Below are positions 56,134 to 64,000 of a stretch of DNA of 64,000 nucleotides, piece after piece. Both the position numbers and the translations under genes were made by a program. The stretch is from a bacterium (GTDB lineage: Bacteria > UBA8248). Positions within the stretch are counted from its first letter, which is position 1. The number at the start of each line of letters is the position of its first letter. Below the pieces are notes generated by a model. That model saw only the letters and a program-made list of their open reading frames with translations, was not told where the DNA came from and ran no database searches. The DNA is taken from positions 2,656,001-2,720,000 of the forward strand of contig OY843592.1 in the NCBI GenBank assembly GCA_963692865.2, read 5' to 3'.

Positions 56134-56732
56134 TTTAGCTTTCGCCCACAGGCGGAGCAGAAATTATCGGCCTGCTCCACGGCGTTCCCGCACGAGGCGC
56201 AAAACCGGGGCTTCACACTTTTCGTTTGCTCATCCGGTGGAGAATCGGGTGAATCTTCCTGCGGTTCACCAGCGCTTTTCCTGTAGCGGAGAATCTCCTC
56301 CTCCAGGCGTTCATCAAGTGATTTTTCAGCCACGACTTCCGTGGAGTCGGGCCGCACGGCATCGAGACGGGCCGCCGCCTCGGCCGCCTCGCGCTCGTTC
56401 ATCCGAACGGGCGCCATCCCCTCCTTCACCCCTTTGGCGTCGAGGCGTCGCAGCACCTCCACCGCACGGGCGCGCGCGGGCGCCATCATCTGGGCGTAGT
56501 CCTCATCGGAGAGTTTTCCCATCTCCTTGTCGAACTCGATGTCCATGATGTTCTTATAGGCCTGCTCGCGCTCCATCAACAAGCGCGTCAACTCGCGGTT
56601 CGAAAGCGGCCGCGCGTTTTCCTCCTCGGGCAGAACGCCTTGCGCCGCCTCAGGCCGCATGATGGGCCGGATGGTGTGGAAAAAAGCGGCGCCTACGGCC
56701 CCCAAAGCGACCACAATCCCGAGAATTTCCAT
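56130..56732 (-). CDS. Membrane protein with CcmI-N-like segment and C-terminal zinc ribbon
   Basis: N-terminal TM segment, DIEFDKEMGKLSDEDY, FCASCG..FCSACG. Confidence 0.75.
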   Translation of the reverse strand: MEILGIVVALGAVGAAFFHTIRPIMRPEAAQGVLPEEENARPLSNRELTRLLMEREQAYKNIMDIEFDKEMGKLSDEDYAQMMAPARARAVEVLRRLDAKGVKEGMAPVRMNEREAAEAAARLDAVRPDSTEVVAEKSLDERLEEEILRYRKSAGEPQEDSPDSPPDEQTKSVKPRFCASCGNAVEQADNFCSACGRKLN

Positions 56733-56735
56733 AAC

Positions 56736-58700
56736 TCAAGTCCGCTTTTTTCTTCGCCTGCCCCAGCGCTCCGGCAGGAAGCAGACGATGGAGCCGAGGG
56801 TGAAAACGACGCCTCCCGCCCACACCCAGTTCACGAGCGGGTTCACCATGAATTTGAAAGTGGCCGCGCCGTCCGGGTCCGCCTCGGCGAAGACGGCGTA
56901 GATATCCGACCGCGCTCCCCGGCGGATGCCGGGTTCCGTCGTCGGCTGCGGAGGCGTGAAATAGAGCCTTTTCTCCGGCTCCACCTCTCCGATGCGATAC
57001 CCCGCCCGGTAGACGCCCAGGCGCGCGAAGGCGGAGCGGTATTGCGGCGTCGTGCTCTCGCGAAGCCCCTCAAAGCGCATCCGCACGCCGTCGAGCGCGA
57101 AGCTCTCGCCCACGCGCAGGCGCACCTCGCCCACTTCCTGATAGGCGGAGGACGCCGCCACCCCCACGAACAATATCGCCATCCCCAAATGAACGATGTA
57201 GCCTCCGAAACGCCTCTTGTTGCGCATGGTGAGCTCCCATGCCGCCCGGGCGGCGCGCTCTCCCTGGTGACGCACGCGCGAGGAGATTCCTCGCCAATAC
57301 TCAAGAGCAATCGTCCCCACCACGAACGCACACAGCCCGAACGTGAGCGCCGCATAGACGTGGCGGACGCCGAAGATCGCAAGGACGAGAAAAGCCCCCA
57401 CGGCGACTACCGAAGGGTATATGAAACTCCTGTTCATCTGCTTGCGCGAGGTCCTGCGCCACGCGAAAAGCGGACCCGCGCCGCAAAGAAATATGAGCAA
57501 AAGCCCTATCGGCACGTTCACCTGGTTGAAGAACGGCGGCCCCACGGTGACCTTCACCCCCTTCACGGCTTCGGAGACGACCGGGAAAATCGTTCCCCAG
57601 AAGACGGCGAACGTGATGCCGACGAGCACGACGTTGTTCAGGAGAAAACTCGCCTCGCGCGAGAAGAAGCTCTCCATCTCGTGTTCGCTCTGGAGTTGAG
57701 GCAGACGCCATATCATCAGCCCGAAGGATATGACGAGCGCCACCAGCAGATAGACCAGAAACGCCCAGCCGAACGATGAGTTCGCGAAAGCGTGGACGCT
57801 CGAGATGATGCCGCTTCTCGTCAGGAAAGTGCCGAATATCGTGAGGGCGTAGGTGATGATGATGAGCGAGACGTTCCAGACCTTGAGCATCCCGCGCTTT
57901 TCCTGAATCATTACCGAATGGAGAAAAGCGGTTCCCACGAGCCAGGGCATGAGGCTCGCGTTCTCCACCGGGTCCCACGCCCAGTATCCGCCCCAGCCGA
58001 GTTCCTTGTAGGCCCACGCGCCGCCGAGCAGGATGCCCACCCCGTTGAAGAACCAGGCGAACAGCGTCCAGCGCCGCGTCGAGGTGATCCAGTCGGTGTC
58101 GAGCTTCCCGCTCGCCAGTGCGCCGATGCAGAAGGCGAAGGGCACGGCGAAACCCACGTAGCCCAGATAGAGGTTGGGCGGGTGGATCACCATCCCCCAG
58201 TCCTGGAGAAGCGGATTGAGTCCGCGTCCGTCCGGGGGCGGAGTGGTTAGCGTGTCGAAAGGCGGGGTGACGAAGTTCAGAATCAGCAGGAAGAACAGCG
58301 CCGTCGCCATGAGCGTGGCCGTGACGTAAGGCATCAGTTCCAGATTCCTGTCGCGGTTTTGCCGGATGACGACGAACGCATACACGCAAAGGAGCAGGAG
58401 CCACATCAACAGGCTCCCCTCCTGCCCCCCCCAGAACGCGCTGAAGCGATAAAACCCGTTCAGGGTGTTGTTGACGTGCCCGGCCACGTACTCCACGCGG
58501 TAATCCCGCACCATGAGCAGATAGACGAGGCACGCGCTCGCGCCGCTCACCAGCCAGAATACACCGACGGCGGCGTTTCGGCCCGAGGCGATGAGGTCGG
58601 CCCTGCGCTTTTGGGCGCCGAAGACGGATGCCCCGATTCCGAACACCGCCAGGACGAGAGAAGCCAGCAAGCTGTAGTGTCCGAACTGAATGGCGATCAA
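56736..58700 (-). CDS. ccmF: Heme lyase CcmF
   Basis: WGGQEGSLLMW, HPPNLYLGY, WAYKELGWGGYWAWDPVENASLMPWL, RSGIISSVHAF. Confidence 0.96.
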   Translation of the reverse strand: MIAIQFGHYSLLASLVLAVFGIGASVFGAQKRRADLIASGRNAAVGVFWLVSGASACLVYLLMVRDYRVEYVAGHVNNTLNGFYRFSAFWGGQEGSLLMWLLLLCVYAFVVIRQNRDRNLELMPYVTATLMATALFFLLILNFVTPPFDTLTTPPPDGRGLNPLLQDWGMVIHPPNLYLGYVGFAVPFAFCIGALASGKLDTDWITSTRRWTLFAWFFNGVGILLGGAWAYKELGWGGYWAWDPVENASLMPWLVGTAFLHSVMIQEKRGMLKVWNVSLIIITYALTIFGTFLTRSGIISSVHAFANSSFGWAFLVYLLVALVISFGLMIWRLPQLQSEHEMESFFSREASFLLNNVVLVGITFAVFWGTIFPVVSEAVKGVKVTVGPPFFNQVNVPIGLLLIFLCGAGPLFAWRRTSRKQMNRSFIYPSVVAVGAFLVLAIFGVRHVYAALTFGLCAFVVGTIALEYWRGISSRVRHQGERAARAAWELTMRNKRRFGGYIVHLGMAILFVGVAASSAYQEVGEVRLRVGESFALDGVRMRFEGLRESTTPQYRSAFARLGVYRAGYRIGEVEPEKRLYFTPPQPTTEPGIRRGARSDIYAVFAEADPDGAATFKFMVNPLVNWVWAGGVVFTLGSIVCFLPERWGRRRKKRT

Positions 58701-58773
58701 CGGAAAACTCCCGGGGTAGAGCGGATTTTCATGGCAACATGAGAGACGCGGGGGCGTTTACTTGGGAGCAGAG

Positions 58774-59250
58774 CTATCTGGCCCCGGTCGTTTGCTTTCG
58801 ACTCGCGGCTTCTTTCATCAAGGCTTCGTGATTCGCCGGTATGCTCTCCCCCGCCTCCTTCATTTCCTCGAATTTCGAGGGGCACGCGACCATCAGATTC
58901 TTCGCCACCAGGACGCCCTTGCCGTCTAGCTTCCCTTCGGCGATGACAGGAAACCCGTTTTCGAGCAAATCGGGGGGAACCCCCTTGTAGCTTACGGGCA
59001 AGGTTCCCTTCTCACCCTGAATATGGAAGGCGAGCAGCATGGCGTCGGGATTTTTCTTGAGCGTCCTGGGCACGATCTTCCCCTGAACCCTGATGCCCCG
59101 CCCGCCCAGAGACGGCGCCTTCCGGGCTACCTCGTCCACAGTCAGGAAATACACTAGGTTTTCGCTCTGGAACCCCGATACGGCCAGATAGGCGAACGCG
59201 CTCACGATGATCACGCCTGCGATGAGAAACTTGATTTTCTGAACGCTCAT
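58774..59250 (-). CDS. ccmE: Heme chaperone CcmE, Cys-type variant
   Basis: N-terminal TM segment, VYFLTVDE, YKGVPPDL, VIAEG, ACPSKF in place of HxxxY. Confidence 0.9.
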   Translation of the reverse strand: MSVQKIKFLIAGVIIVSAFAYLAVSGFQSENLVYFLTVDEVARKAPSLGGRGIRVQGKIVPRTLKKNPDAMLLAFHIQGEKGTLPVSYKGVPPDLLENGFPVIAEGKLDGKGVLVAKNLMVACPSKFEEMKEAGESIPANHEALMKEAASRKQTTGAR

Positions 59251-59354
59251 CCACAACCTCTCGGCGGCCCAAAACAGCGCGGTTCAAGAATACGACGCCC
59301 CATGGTTTCTTTCAACCGACTGACGAACATAACCCCTGCCATGTTTCATCATTT

Positions 59355-59393
59355 TCAAAGAAAAACCGGCGGAGCCGTATGAACTCCGCCGGT
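59355..59393 (-). terminator. Rho-independent terminator after ilvC
   Basis: ACCGGCGGAG / CTCCGCCGGT 10-bp stem followed by TTTTCTTT on the minus strand. Confidence 0.75.
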
Positions 59394-59416
59394 CGCGATT
59401 TCTACAGGATGCTATC

Positions 59417-60454
59417 CTATTTCACCTCGCGCTCCTCGATCCACGGCATCATCGCGCGCAGACGGCGGCCGACAATCTCGATGTCGTGTTCCTTCTCCTT
59501 GCGCACCACCGTGTTGAACGTGGGCCGGTTCACCATGTTCTCGTTGATCCACTCGCTGGCGAACCTTCCGGTCTGAATGTCGCGCAGGATTTCACGCATC
59601 CGCTCGCGCGTCGCATCGTCGATGACGACCTTGCCGCGCGTGATGTCGCCGTACTCGGCGGTGTCCGACACCGAATAGCGCATCATGGTGATGCCGCCCT
59701 GGTAGATCAGGTCGGTGATCAGCTTCACCTCGTGGAGACACTCGAAATACGCCAGCGCGGGTTGATAGCCCGCCTCCACGAGGGTTTCGAACGCGACGCG
59801 GATCAACTCGGTAATGCCGCCGCACAGCACCGCCTGCTCGCCGAAGAGGTCCGTTTCGGTCTCCTCCTCGATGGTCGTCTCGATGATGCCGGCGCGGGCG
59901 CAGCCCACCGCCTTGCCGTAAGCCAGGGCGTACTCCTTCGCCTTGCCCGTGGCGTCCTGAAAGACGGCCACCAATCCCGGCACGCCGCGCCCGTCCTCAT
60001 ATTGGAACCGCATGGTATGGCCCGGGCTTTTGGGCGCGATCATCACGACGTCGATGTTTTCCGGAGGAATGATTTGCCCGTAATTGAGGTTGAAACCATG
60101 GGCGACCACCAGAGCGTCACCATCACTCATGTTGGGCGCGATGTCGGCATTCCAGATTGCGGGCTGGAGATGATCCTGCGTGAGGATGACCACCAAATCA
60201 CCCGCCTTGGCCGCTTCTGCAGTTTCCATCACTTCAAGGCCATCGTCCTCGGCCTGCTTCCAGCGGGGGGAGGATTTCCTTAAGCCCACCACGACGTCCG
60301 CGCCGCTGTCCTGCGCATTCAGCGCATGGGCGCGCCCCTGGCTTCCGTAGCCGATGACGGCGATTTTTCTGTTCTGCAGCAGGTTCAGGTCCGCATCGGC
60401 GTCATAGTAGATTTTCAGGTCTTTCAACAACTGTTCTTCGTTCGCTTCGCTCAT
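59417..60454 (-). CDS. ilvC: Ketol-acid reductoisomerase
   Basis: [53 protein letters not shown]; start at ATG 60454. Confidence 0.97.
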   Translation of the reverse strand: MSEANEEQLLKDLKIYYDADADLNLLQNRKIAVIGYGSQGRAHALNAQDSGADVVVGLRKSSPRWKQAEDDGLEVMETAEAAKAGDLVVILTQDHLQPAIWNADIAPNMSDGDALVVAHGFNLNYGQIIPPENIDVVMIAPKSPGHTMRFQYEDGRGVPGLVAVFQDATGKAKEYALAYGKAVGCARAGIIETTIEEETETDLFGEQAVLCGGITELIRVAFETLVEAGYQPALAYFECLHEVKLITDLIYQGGITMMRYSVSDTAEYGDITRGKVVIDDATRERMREILRDIQTGRFASEWINENMVNRPTFNTVVRKEKEHDIEIVGRRLRAMMPWIEEREVK

Positions 60455-60791
60455 GGCCTTTGGCCCTCCAGGATTCGCAGCCCTCGCCGCGCCGTCAAAA
60501 ACGATCAACATGGGCGGAAAACACCCGCCACTCAAAAGGAAGTCGGCTTCTTGCGGGAAACCTCTGAAAAAAGAGACCCTAATCTAGGAGCCGGAAGCAG
60601 GAGCGTCAAGGCGCTCCAGGCATCGGGAAACGAATTCAAAAGCGCCTGATCCTACTCTGGGAACCGCCCCTTCAAGAACCCCCTGTCAGTACCGCCTGTC
60701 CTATGTCGGAAGCGATTTTCTTCTCACCGCAGACGCAAGAGACGCAAAAAAGCCGAAGCAACGCGCTCCGGCTTTTCCCCCAAATTCACTT

Positions 60792-62198
60792 CTATATTGC
60801 AGAAGTAATGACCGGCCTGTCAATTCCCTTGAAAGCGACCGCAATCTCATCGGCGGCTTTCGAAGCCGCGTCACTTGCCTCTTGCGCGAGCGCCTTCGCC
60901 TTATCAGCCGCCTGATGAGCGGATTCCGTCGTCCTGTCCTTCGCATCCGCAAGATACGCGCTCGCCTGCGCGGAAAACTCGCCGGCTTCCGCCGCGGCGT
61001 ATTTGGCCTGCTCGACGGCCGCCATCGCCATATCCTTGCCCTTCTCCAGCATCTGGCGAACGGCCTGATCGGCGTCGTCTTTCTTGTGCATAAGCGCAAC
61101 GGAGGCGTGCGCCAGCGCTGTCTCGACCGATTCCAGGGACTTTCGGGCCGATTTCACCGCCGCCTCGCTCGCTTCCGTCAAAGAGGACATTTTAGGGACT
61201 TCGAGCGGTATCGTGGGGTCGGTCATCGTGTGGAGCACTTCAGCCCGCACTTCCGCCGAACCCAGCCTCCTCGCCTCGGAGGCGCGCAAGCCCTCCTCGT
61301 CCACCATGATATCGAGTCTTTTCGCCACGATGCGCTGGCTCGGCTCCCTCACCCCCCAGACCAGACCCAGGAGTTCCATCAGCCTGATGAGCCGGTAGGT
61401 AATATCCACCTCGAACCACCGCTGGCCGTGAGCGGCCGAGCGCTGGTCCGCATGGTGGTTGTTGTGCCAACCTTCGCCGAAGGAGAAGATGGCGACGAGC
61501 CAGTTGTTGGTGCTCTCCTCATCCGTGTTGTAGTTGCGGTAGCCGAAGGTGTGCGTCACCGAATTGACCGCCCAGGTGCAGTGCCACAAAACGACAGTAC
61601 GAACGAATACGCCCCAGACGAGCCAGGACATGCCCAAACCGCCGTACCATTCTCCCGCGAAGTAAATCGCCACAGCCGTCAGAACGTAGATGGGGAAAAA
61701 GAATTTGTCGAAAAAGCGCTGCCACCTGTCGCGGTGCAAATCCTTTGCGAAACGCGAATACTCGTCATAAGTGTGCGCGTCCGGCAGGCTGACGAAAAGC
61801 CATCCGGCATGCGCCCACAGAAAGTTCACGAGCGGGGAATGGGGGTCGGGCTCCTCATCCGATTCCTTGTGGTGGATGCGGTGCATCGCCACCCACTCGA
61901 TGGGCCCGCTCTGGAGCGCCTGGCAAGCGCAGAACGTCAGGAAATATTCTACCGGCTTATACGTCTGGAAACTTCTGTGCGTCAGCAGCCGGTGGTAGGC
62001 GACTGTTACGCCTACCATGCCTGCAACGAAATACATCACGATTCCCAGCACAAGGCCGGAAACGCTGAAATAATCCAGGTCAAAAGCCATCAGGGCGAGC
62101 AGATGAATCCCCCCGATAACGAAAATCGTCTCCCACTGCAACTTTCTTTCAGCTTTTCTGTGAATTGCGAGGCTTGGTTTTTCCGGCGCCGTAGACAA
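60792..62198 (-). CDS. Acyl-CoA/acyl-lipid delta-9-type desaturase with Ala-rich C-terminal extension
   Basis: His boxes YHRLLTH, HRIHH, GEGWHNNHH; about 170 aa extra helical tail. Confidence 0.9.
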   Translation of the reverse strand: MSTAPEKPSLAIHRKAERKLQWETIFVIGGIHLLALMAFDLDYFSVSGLVLGIVMYFVAGMVGVTVAYHRLLTHRSFQTYKPVEYFLTFCACQALQSGPIEWVAMHRIHHKESDEEPDPHSPLVNFLWAHAGWLFVSLPDAHTYDEYSRFAKDLHRDRWQRFFDKFFFPIYVLTAVAIYFAGEWYGGLGMSWLVWGVFVRTVVLWHCTWAVNSVTHTFGYRNYNTDEESTNNWLVAIFSFGEGWHNNHHADQRSAAHGQRWFEVDITYRLIRLMELLGLVWGVREPSQRIVAKRLDIMVDEEGLRASEARRLGSAEVRAEVLHTMTDPTIPLEVPKMSSLTEASEAAVKSARKSLESVETALAHASVALMHKKDDADQAVRQMLEKGKDMAMAAVEQAKYAAAEAGEFSAQASAYLADAKDRTTESAHQAADKAKALAQEASDAASKAADEIAVAFKGIDRPVITSAI

Positions 62199-62524
62199 GT
62201 TCTTCCCCCATTCTCAAATAATCCGTCAGGGTATCGTGGAACTTCATTTTAGATATGATCGGGCGATGTGCCGAGACAACTCTTCATCAACCTCAGACAC
62301 TGTGCTGAATCGCGGTTATCATGGGCCAGAAGCAATCAGAAATCAAGCCCCCCAAAGAAATCACTCTCCCTGAAGGCGAATCTTTCACCAATTTCACCAA
62401 AGCCGACCATGTGGGCTCGACACATGGCAAATAAGGAGAACCCGGTGATCCGCATTGTCATTTTGCCGATTCTCCCGTAAGAAGCGAATTCCATACCCAC
62501 ACGTCATCCTGCGAGGAGAACGCT

Positions 62525-63409
62525 ATGCCCGAAGTGAGAACAAACGGCGTCAGTCTGTATTACGAAGCCAGCGGCGAGGGCGCGCCCATCGTGTTCGTTC
62601 ATGAATTCGCGGGCGACTGCCGCAGCTGGGAGGATCAGGTACGCTATTTCAACCGCAGATACAGGGTCATCACATATAACGCCAGAGGATTCCCCCCCTC
62701 CGAAGTGCCTGAAGACGCATCACAATACAGCCAGGACATCGCCGTGAACGATCTGGCGGGCCTCATCAGGGATTTGGACCTTGCGCCCGCCCACGTCGTA
62801 GGACTTTCAATGGGCGGCTATGCGACCCTGCACCTGGGTTTGCGCCACCCCGAGCTCGCCCGCTCCATTGTCGTCGCCGGGTGCGGCTACGGCTCCGAGA
62901 TGAATCAGCGCGAACGGTTCCAAAAAGACGCGGAAGAAGTCGCCGACAGGTTCCTGACCGACGGCATGGAAAAGTTCGGCCCCGTATACACCGCAGGCCC
63001 CACGCGCATGCAACTGAAAAGAAAAGACGCCATCGGTTATCAGAAATTCATCGACCACTTCATGAGCCACTCTCCCCTGGGCTGCGCCAATACGATGCGC
63101 GGGGTGCAAAGCGCGAGGCCTTCGGTCTATGAACTCGAAGAGCAGATGAAGAACTGCTCCGTGCCGACGCTCGTCCTCACGGGCGATGAGGATTTCCCCT
63201 GCCTGGAGCCGGGGCTGTTCATGAAGCGCAACATTCAGACGGCCGCCCTGTTCACCTTTCCCAACTCCGGTCACCTCATCAACCTCGAGGAACCCGCCAT
63301 GTTCAATCGCGTCGTTCTCGAATTCATCACCGAGGTGGACGCCGGGCGCTGGCCTGCGCGCGACCCGCTCTCGATGGGAGAATCCGCGCTGTTGCCGGAT
63401 GAGGAATAG
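62525..63409 (+). CDS. Alpha/beta hydrolase
   Basis: VHEF, GLSMGG nucleophile elbow, GDED, SGHLINLEEP. Confidence 0.92.
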   Translation: MPEVRTNGVSLYYEASGEGAPIVFVHEFAGDCRSWEDQVRYFNRRYRVITYNARGFPPSEVPEDASQYSQDIAVNDLAGLIRDLDLAPAHVVGLSMGGYATLHLGLRHPELARSIVVAGCGYGSEMNQRERFQKDAEEVADRFLTDGMEKFGPVYTAGPTRMQLKRKDAIGYQKFIDHFMSHSPLGCANTMRGVQSARPSVYELEEQMKNCSVPTLVLTGDEDFPCLEPGLFMKRNIQTAALFTFPNSGHLINLEEPAMFNRVVLEFITEVDAGRWPARDPLSMGESALLPDEE

Positions 63410-63430
63410 TTTTTACGTCAAGGAGAAGAC

Positions 63431-64000
63431 ATGCCGGGCAAGCTGGAAGGAAAAAGAGCCATCGTCACGGGCGCCTCATCCGGCATCGGCGCGGCCATCG
63501 CGCGCAGATTCAGCATGGAGGGCGCATCCATCTGGGCGGCGGGAGGCTTCAACCGGGAACGTCTCGACGGAATCATCGCCGATTGCAGCGCGGGAGGCGG
63601 CAAAATCGACGGACGATGCTACGACTTGAGAGACGCGCGCAAGGCGAACGACGTGATGAGCGACGGCGCGCGATTCCTCGGCGGCCTCGACGTCATGGTG
63701 AACTGCGCCGCCATGCGGGGACACAGGAGTTTTTTGGAGTTCACAGACGAACAGATTGACGAGTTGTATGAAGTGAACGCGAAATCCGTTTTCATCGCCA
63801 CGCGCGAGGCGGCCAGGCTCATGGCGCCGCAGGGCAAGGGGAAAATATTGATGATCGGCTCCATCGACGGCGAGCGCGGCGTGCCCGGCAACGCGCTCTA
63901 CTGCGCGACCAAGACCTCCATGCACAACTTGACGCGCGCCCTGGCCGTGGAACTCGGCCCTCTTGGACTGCGCGTCAACTGCCTCATGCCGGGAACCACC
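63431..64000 (+). CDS. SDR family oxidoreductase (partial, runs off the right edge)
   Basis: Not in the ORF track. AAGGAG RBS, MPGKLEGKRAIVTGASSGIG, VNCAA, GSI, YCATK, RVNCLMPG. Confidence 0.93.
   Translation, partial: MPGKLEGKRAIVTGASSGIGAAIARRFSMEGASIWAAGGFNRERLDGIIADCSAGGGKIDGRCYDLRDARKANDVMSDGARFLGGLDVMVNCAAMRGHRSFLEFTDEQIDELYEVNAKSVFIATREAARLMAPQGKGKILMIGSIDGERGVPGNALYCATKTSMHNLTRALAVELGPLGLRVNCLMPGTT

Overview
GC-rich bacterial chromosomal window; the gene content fits a Gram-negative organism, but taxonomy cannot be fixed from this sequence alone. From left to right it contains: (1) the 5' part of infB plus ylxR/L7Ae-nusA-rimP with the rimP leader terminator, in a noticeably lower-GC segment; (2) an acetoin/pyruvate-dehydrogenase-type E1a/E1b/E2 cluster; (3) a Zur-regulated zinc uptake locus with a duplicated znuA, two Zur boxes and a decayed zur fragment; (4) a tightly coupled five-gene operon led by a His-rich SO_0444/DUF318-type metal permease fused to an HflK-like SPFH domain, followed by HflC-like, HflK-like, solute-binding and membrane proteins (best candidate for an undescribed system); (5) a small defence island with an orphan MNT, a UGA-recoded AhpD-like selenoprotein with a SECIS-like hairpin that the ORF track truncates, HicB, a BglII-like REase plus MTase, a Dam-like MTase plus PD-(D/E)XK nuclease, and BrnT/BrnA; (6) metabolic and housekeeping genes (short MetE-like, Zn-ADH, UvrD, miaB, HU); (7) an Fe3+/AfuABC-type ABC transporter with two ATPases and CapA; (8) a complete variant System I cytochrome c maturation cluster; (9) ilvC, a fatty-acid desaturase with an unusual C-terminal tail, an alpha/beta hydrolase and a partial SDR. 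Intergenic regions carry at least three REP-like palindrome families, some bracketed by IS-like inverted ends. No rRNA, tRNA, CRISPR array or intact transposase was seen. Product calls rest on recognised motifs; no database searches were run.
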